Origin: Octopus vulgaris
Taxonomy: Eukaryota
Direction of reading: 5' to 3'
DNA: 64,000 nt
Assembly (NCBI GenBank): GCA_951406725.2
Contig: OX597817.1
Coordinates: forward strand, 23,188,001-23,252,000
Shown here piece by piece: positions 56,350 to 64,000 of this stretch. Below the pieces are notes generated by a model. The model made no database searches. It was not told the origin of the DNA and was given only the letters and a program-made list of their open reading frames with translations. Positions within the stretch are counted from its first letter, which is position 1, and each line of letters opens with the position of its first letter. Position numbers and translations under genes: made by a program.

Positions 56350-56575
56350 GCGACGAGGCAGCAAAATCCTTAGAATGCTTGAGAAACAGATTAGTGGTAT
56401 TTCGTTCACCCTTATATTGTGTTGAGATTTGTTTAGATTCTCAATTTCAGAGCTCAGTTTTGCCTTTCCTCTTTTGAGTTGATAAAATAAGTACCAGTTG
56501 AATACTGGGGGCTGTGTAATCGACTGATCCTCTAGCTTAAAATTGCAGACCCTGTGCCAAAATTTGAAACCATTA
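56350..56575 (+). mobile_element. Diverged SINE family B variant
   Basis: ttttgcctttcctcttttgagttgataaaataagtaccagttg...gtgccaaaatttgaaacc. Confidence 0.65.
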
Positions 56576-56709
56576 CTATTACCATTGAACCGATTCATCA
56601 AAGACTGTATATTCAAATTCATTTTTTGCAACGTTCTTACCAAAGTATTTGATTTCCACATCTATTATTTAAACACTTATGCTGTATAAATTAAAAAGAT
56701 ATATATATA

Positions 56710-56747
<38 letters not shown>

Positions 56748-58000
56748 CATGAGTAAAAGTGGGACACTACGTGGTTGTTAAAGCTGATGGAAAAGTCGCC
56801 AAAGCCTCTCAGAACACCCGGCGTCTTATATAAAATATAAACATATATTGAACTACGGAATATAAGAATATATATTATTATTAATGCTGAAACGTCATTC
56901 ATCAAATTTCTCAGCGTCTACAGGTTCAATCAAAACAACAACAGATGAAAAATAGATAAAATGGCAAACAGCCATTTTTGCAACGTAATTCATGTGTCAC
57001 ACTATGGTCGTATTGTCGGTTAGAAATTGAAAACAAATCATTTAAAAGTCACACTTTGCCGTCACCAAAAACTAAATGACATGCCAGGTAACAGAATCCT
57101 AGATACTTGGCTAGAGGAAAGTAAAATACGATATGCATACTGCAAGGAAATTGTATGTATATATTTTTCAATAGATATTAAATTGAAACGAAAATTATAT
57201 GAACTAGACAGTTATATGATGTAGATAAGAGATAATTGCATTGCAAATTTATGATATCAGTGTTGCAAATATATGGTATCCAGTATCTTAACCGACCGAA
57301 TAAGAGTAACGAAAAAACACAAGCTGTAAAAAAAAAAAACAAAAAAAAAACATAAAATACACTCTGGATTATTTCGAAAAATGCAAAGGACAGTCTTGCG
57401 ACGAACACTCTAAAATAGTTAAAAAAATAAGAAGGAAAGAAATGTCAAGCAAATAATGGAGCCTATGTTTAAACTAAGGGGTTTGTATAAAACATTATTT
57501 CTACACAAGGATTTTGTTATGGTGTGTCTCGAACCAGATATGAAAACGCAGCAATTTCATTGTCCTTTGGTTATATTATATTTCATGTCACACAGCTTGT
57601 CTGCCTAAGAATAAAGCTAGAATACAAACATTGAATATTGAAGAAAATAGTTTTATATTTCTGTATAAAAATAAACAGAATACTTGATTCTATTTCGAAG
57701 TAGATTTTCAATTCATATAACAAAATGTGAACAAGTTGAATGTTTTTGCAAGGCAATTTTAGGATATGTAATTATGGTAGAAACAGCGTCCTGAATAAAC
57801 ATGAATGAAGTAAATTCTTTGCGTTAACATCTATATAGCTGTAATCATGTGTGTGTGGTGTATGTGTGTGTGTGAGTATGTGGTGAGCGTGTGAGTGTGA
57901 GAGCGCGTGCTTGTGTGTGAGCATATGTATGCGCGCATATCTATATAAGTATATATGTGTACACACACATACACAAACATATATATGTATATGTGTATAA

Positions 58001-58050
<50 letters not shown>

Positions 58051-58058
58051 GTGTATAA

Positions 58059-58098
<40 letters not shown>

Positions 58099-58328
58099 CC
58101 ATACACATATATACACATATATACACATGCACATACATGTGTACAACTTTTCTTCTAACGCTCGTCACAAACACGTACATTGATGTATATAGATATTGTT
58201 CGTTAGAGAGAGTGTCATACAGTGCATTTTTATATGCCTCTAACGATAATTTTGCCTTTCGAATCCCCAGGTTCTCTAAATAAATAAATATTAGTTGTTT
58301 TCTTCGTTTCCCTTGTTTTTTATCGACT

Positions 58329-58345
58329 CTTCTCCTCTCCCTTTC

Positions 58346-58438
<93 letters not shown>
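58329..58438. repeat. (TA)n microsatellite (one of dozens in the window)
   Basis: Direct reading. Confidence 0.97.
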
Positions 58439-58440
<2 letters not shown>

Positions 58441-58611
58441 TCCTTCTTCCTTCCCTGTTTCAACTACCTACAATTTTGGAGTAGGACTGATTGAGGATCG
58501 AGAAATCTCAGCTCAAAAAATTACTAATTTTCTAAACTATGCAAAAGCAACCCCATATACTCAAGAATTGAATGGGTCTAGCATTATACATACAAACATA
58601 CATACATGCCT

Positions 58612-58695
<84 letters not shown>

Positions 58696-59084
58696 TAGAT
58701 AGATAGATTGATAGATAGATAGATAGATACATAGATACATAGATACATAGATAGATAGATAGACAGACAGACATATAGAAACATGCACATTTCTATATAG
58801 GTGTTTCTGCGTGTCAGCAATTCTTCATATATTTATGCATATATGCATGTTGATGCGCGAGAGCCCCAGATTAAGTATTTCTCCACTAGAACAACTGAAA
58901 ATGAATCTACATTTTTATCGTATTCTTCTTCAATACAACATGGAAGGCTTGACAAATTTCCTAAGTAGTCAGATCTTCGTGTGAATTTGTAAGTCACTTG
59001 CTTTTTCGGATTTTTTTTTTACAGCAATTATTAGTGTTATTATCGTCATCGTTTTTTTCTTATTCTTGTTATTAAGAATATTGT

Positions 59085-59181
59085 AATTATATTATTATTA
59101 TTATTATCATTATTATTATTAATATTACTACTGTTGTTGGTGTTGTCGTTGTTATAGTGTTTCTGGTTATTATTATTGTTA

Positions 59182-59255
<74 letters not shown>
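59085..59255. repeat. (TTA)n microsatellite
   Basis: Direct reading. Confidence 0.95.
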
Positions 59256-59880
59256 ATCCTTATTCATAAATAATGCATTCAACATCTCTCAATTTATGAT
59301 AATGCTGCAATGCTTTTATATTTTACATCAGAATAAGCATCCACTTCGTGCTTTGAAAGAATTACAATAAATAAATGCAATTGGTTTGAGTATACATACA
59401 TACGTATATACATATATATATATGTCCACACACACACACACAAACATATGTATATATATATATATGGCCGTTATCATAAACAATAATTCATCTATGTTTG
59501 TATATATATATGTGTGTGTTTGAGTGTGCATGAATATTTTCAAACAGATTATATGTACTTCATATAAAATTATGGAAATATATATCTCGACATATGTTTC
59601 TATATTAATATTTTTTATCTTCATTACGTACGCAAACTGATATATTTATATAGGATATCTATATGTGTGGGTAGGTATCGATTCTGCATGTGTGTGTCTG
59701 TGTGTGTGTGTTTGTGTGAGTGTGTGTGCATGGTTATATCTTATATATATGTTGATATTCGCATATGATCACCCACATATACATACATATATGCGTGTAT
59801 ATATATATATACATATATATATTTACGTATATATGAATATATATATTCCATATCTATATTTATATCTATATCCATTTTTA

Positions 59881-59979
<99 letters not shown>

Positions 59980-60353
59980 ACGTATATGTATGTGTGTAGA
60001 GAGAGAGAAAGAGAGAGAGAAATAAATAGATAGATAGACATGCAGAGAACATATCTCCGTGTGTGTATCCCTATGCATGTGACACTGTTCATGCTTCTAT
60101 GCATAATGTAGCCATGAATGTACTAACAATATGTGCAAATACTTAATATTTGATCTCTTCAGAATTTATTGGATGTGTAGTATCTATATTGCTGCAGACT
60201 TACAATTATGCAAATTATGGTAAAATGTGTGACATACAGTAACCGTACGTTTGGAATACTAGACATTGCGATATATAATATTTGGTAGTTCACATATGAT
60301 GGTGAATTCGGATGAGTTATTCTGCATAGAAATAATTAAAGCTTCCGAAACGT

Positions 60354-60430
<77 letters not shown>

Positions 60431-60540
60431 AATTCGGGGTGAGTACTTGATAATTATAAGCACCTGTGTATACCGTTTGGTGGTGTAGGTGCTGGAGTAA
60501 ATTGATCAAAATAAAATAAAAACATGATGCGAAGGATTCA

Positions 60541-60618
60541 GCGGTACATATGTTTCGGGCCTTTATTAGACAGATTTATAACAAAGCATAATGTATGTCT
60601 GTGGCCTTCTTCAGCCGC
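60541..60618 (-). ncRNA. Hammerhead ribozyme (minus-strand copy)
   Basis: Reverse complement of 60885-60962. Confidence 0.8.
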
Positions 60619-60884
60619 GCACAACAGCTTCCACAAGGACATGTGTTACATCAAAAGTTCTTGGTTGGGGATGCAAATCCTCTCGTTCACGTACGACATA
60701 ATGCGGCAGCAGCATAGAATTGAAGCGTCCATCTCTTTGCATCCCCAACCAAGAACTTTTGATGTAACACATGTCCTTGTGGAAGCTGTTGTGCGCGGCT
60801 GAAGAAGGCCACAGACATACATTATGCATAGAATTGAACCAAGAACTTTTGATGTAACACATGTCCTTGTGGAAGCTGTTGTGC

Positions 60885-60962
60885 GCGGCTGAAGAAGGCC
60901 ACAGACATACATTATGCTTTGTTATAAATCTGTCTAATAAAGGCCCGAAACATATGTACCGC
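60885..60962 (+). ncRNA. Hammerhead ribozyme with long stem II
   Basis: gcgg-CTGAAGA-a-ggcc(acagac...tctgtctaataaa)ggcc-c-GAAA-catat-GTA-ccgc; palindromic ACATATGT stem III. Confidence 0.8.
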
Positions 60963-61000
60963 TGAATCCTTCGCATCATGTTTTTATTTTATTTTGATCA

Positions 61001-61052
<52 letters not shown>

Positions 61053-63098
61053 TTGTATGTATGTATGCATGAATGTATCTGCAGGTGCAAAGTGGGTTCA
61101 TGTTTATGATTTAAATATGTCTTGTAGTTATATAAAATAAGTTAGAAGTTGTGTACTCTTAATGATTTGCCATCATATCCAGAACTAGTAATAAAAAGAT
61201 TTCTCTTTTTAAACTCTTATCTGCTTTCGTATCGTATATAAATTAATGTCCCTTGCAACATTTAGCACGATTCCTTGGATATTTCGGAGTGTAGACGGAA
61301 TTAGATCATTACGTAATACGTAGTTTTCTAAAACAAACAAGGTCACAATGAGTTTTATCTCGCAGTATATAGTGACGTAAGAATAGTCACATCTCCTGGT
61401 GCAATCACCGATCGCCATTATGTAATTGAATAAGATTATTTACCTGAGACGGTCTTAATTTCCTTTCGGTTAATTTATTCTAAATGGTTTCGTATATTGT
61501 GATTTATTACGTAGGGAAAGAAACACAATTTGTCAAAATTAAACAGTCAAATATTTCTACAAAAGTGAATGAGAAGTAATTATCTTATCGAGACCAGGAA
61601 GACGAAATACTAACTGGAACACAAGCTTTGAAAAATAAAGGTAAAAGGCAATGACTAGCAAAGCATGTTAACTGATGCTGTCATTATAGTGACGATTGAC
61701 CATGTAATATCTATTGGTTTAAAATGTTGGTACAAGGCTAGCACAATTTAATAGTGAAAATTATTTAAGCTTGTATTTTTGATGAACTGTGCATAAATGT
61801 ATAGAAGAGACAAAACTAATTATGAAATATGCATTTATGAGCTTTTTATTCATAAACTTTGATATTTATTCACACCGCTTCAAATGAAGTAATCTGTTAA
61901 AAAAGTAACAAAAAAATAATAAAAACTAAAAACTATGTAACTATGGTGAAATTTCTATTCAGAAAATGTATAAAATTTTCTTTATGGAAGTGTTTAAGGA
62001 CGGTTTCCAATTGGGCGGTGTTAGATGCTTTCATTTCAGTTCAATCACTAATTTACTTTCGGCTGTCAAGTATTAAAAGCAAGCTTACTCATTATAGATA
62101 TTTTAGAAGTTATGCCAATATAAGGTGCATATTACACATTTCATCGGTTTGAATAATGATATTCATTATATTCGACATATGGCATATAATTCATTCTCAT
62201 CTAAGATGTAAAAAGCGTCCATTTGTGTGCGTTTTCATATTTGATTGTGTGTGCGCGTTGTATGCGTGTGTGTGTGTGTGTGTGCTTATATACAGTAGAT
62301 GTATTCGTGCACACGCTTCTGGGTGCGTTTAGAGTTATAAATATTCTTTGCAACAAGCTTATTAAGTCATGCCTATATTCGAAACAAGAGAAAGTTTTCA
62401 TTACTGTCCTTCACAACTACATAGATGATCCTTATAAACTATTATGGCGCTTAGAAGACGGTATCATACGAACATACTAAGATGAACACTAAATGATAAA
62501 TGGCTTTGACTATTCGGTCTTCTTTAAAATTAGAATAAAAAACCAAATTTTATCGGAAGGTTTCATTAAAATTCATAAATATTCAATAGTTGATATAGAT
62601 TTATAGATTATATATGTTTTCTTTAAACGCAGATTTACAATCTTTTTCTGTTTTTCATTTTACAAATCATTACAAGCCTAAGTGTATTTAAATAATTTTG
62701 AATAAGAATCTAATCGTTCATCCATCTGTTTACCCTTCACTTGCACTTGCCTATGTCACTGAAAAAAAGTTAGCAAAATGAAGATTATAAATATATTTAT
62801 CATGTTACAACCTCATAAATATTTCTAATTTGTTACAAATCTACTCTGCTAGAATATGCATAATCTTTTTACTTTTTCGTTATAAAATCTTAAACAAGAG
62901 CTTCGTAAATAGCTGCTTTGAATTTCTGAAACACGACAGCCCTTGAATGTACTGCTGATAGTTGCAATAATCACTTGATAAAATATACCCTCGTATTTGA
63001 TGGACAAATACTGCTTCTTTTATATAGTTAATCATGTATATCACTTTACTTTCATTATAAAATGTACTGCGTCATATTATTTGCCAGGTGTTTCTTAA

Positions 63099-63306
63099 CC
63101 CTTTTGATACCAACCCGGCTGAAAACGCATCTGGCTCTATAGTACAAATGTCTTGTTTTCATGTTTTGAATTAAAATCTGCCACCAAACCTTAGTCACAA
63201 TTTATGTTCCTAACACTAGCTTAATGATAACTCAATTATTTTACTAAATTCTTTGTTATATTTAAAATTGATTGAAAGAAACACAGGTAATATGGTAACA
63301 AAAAGG
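63099..63306. mobile_element. piggyBac-type MITE
   Basis: TTAA|cccttttgatacca...tggtaacaaaaagg|TTAC; imperfect 14-bp TIRs. Confidence 0.7.
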
Positions 63307-63680
63307 TTACACCATATTTAAATTAATTATTATTGCTACAAAAAGATCACTTATAGAAACAACCTTCTGTTTTTTTTATTATATACTCCTTAGACTGACC
63401 GACCATGTTCGACAAATTGTGTTGCCTTATTCAGTAAGGCCAGCTCGTTCGTTTGATTCCGGGCTAGCTCACCTATTAGAGTATATATATATATTCACCA
63501 TAAAAATATACGGATGATTTAGCAGATCGCTAGTGTTTATTCAGAAGATCAATAAAAACAGCTGTTAGCTCCTATCTATAGCAATGTTTTTGTTATTCAC
63601 ACACTTAATCAAGTTTAGTTGCCGGCTATAAGTTTCCTTTATGGTATAACTTTGGAAAAATCAGTTTTTATTAATTATAT

Positions 63681-63726
<46 letters not shown>

Positions 63727-63873
63727 TAACAATTAAGGATAACCTCTTAATAAGGGATCTTAACAAGAAATTATAGTTAGCGTGAAAACCTCATAAAAGA
63801 AAATAATTCGAAAATAATTTTTTTCCTTTTGAACAAATTAATTATATCTATATTGTATAGGTTATTACCATAA

Positions 63874-63964
63874 ATGCCTCACATAAGAGGGACAAAGTCA
63901 TTTACCAAAATTATACTAGTATAATTATATAATAGTAATGACTTTGTCCCTTTTAGTGTGAGGC

Positions 63965-63966
<2 letters not shown>
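63874..63966. repeat. Fold-back centred on aattatACTAGTataatt
   Basis: atgcctcacataagagggacaaagtcatt pairs with aatgactttgtcccttttagtgtgaggcat; ends in (TA)n. Confidence 0.85.

Positions 63967-64000
<34 letters not shown>

Larger units (their letters stand above)
60498..61005. mobile_element. About 500-bp palindromic element with internal duplication (PLE-type inverted terminal repeat)
   Basis: 60498-60677 is the reverse complement of 60736-60828 and 60838-61005; ends at (TA)n. Confidence 0.9.

Overview
AT-rich eukaryotic non-coding DNA dense with microsatellites. The repeat complement strongly resembles an octopus (cephalopod) genome; this is recognition-based inference, not a database result. 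I found no convincing host protein-coding exon, and most ORFs in the track are translated microsatellites. The window is a transposon mosaic: four tRNA-headed SINE families, R4/Dong-type retrotransposons in (TAA)n, RTE and CR1-group LINE relics, Tc1/mariner relics, a Helitron, a TTAA-type MITE, and a tRNA-Arg(ACG) segment captured inside a SINE. The most striking signal is a set of Penelope-like element (PLE) termini carrying hammerhead ribozyme (HHR) motifs: six with near-canonical cores, plus decayed or half motifs. Most abut (TA)n tracts and are often folded into long palindromes, and in several the apex lies at or beside the ribozyme. One palindrome carries a full HHR on each strand, and one PLE has a tRNA-like cassette just upstream of its HHR. 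Boundaries of decayed repeats are approximate.
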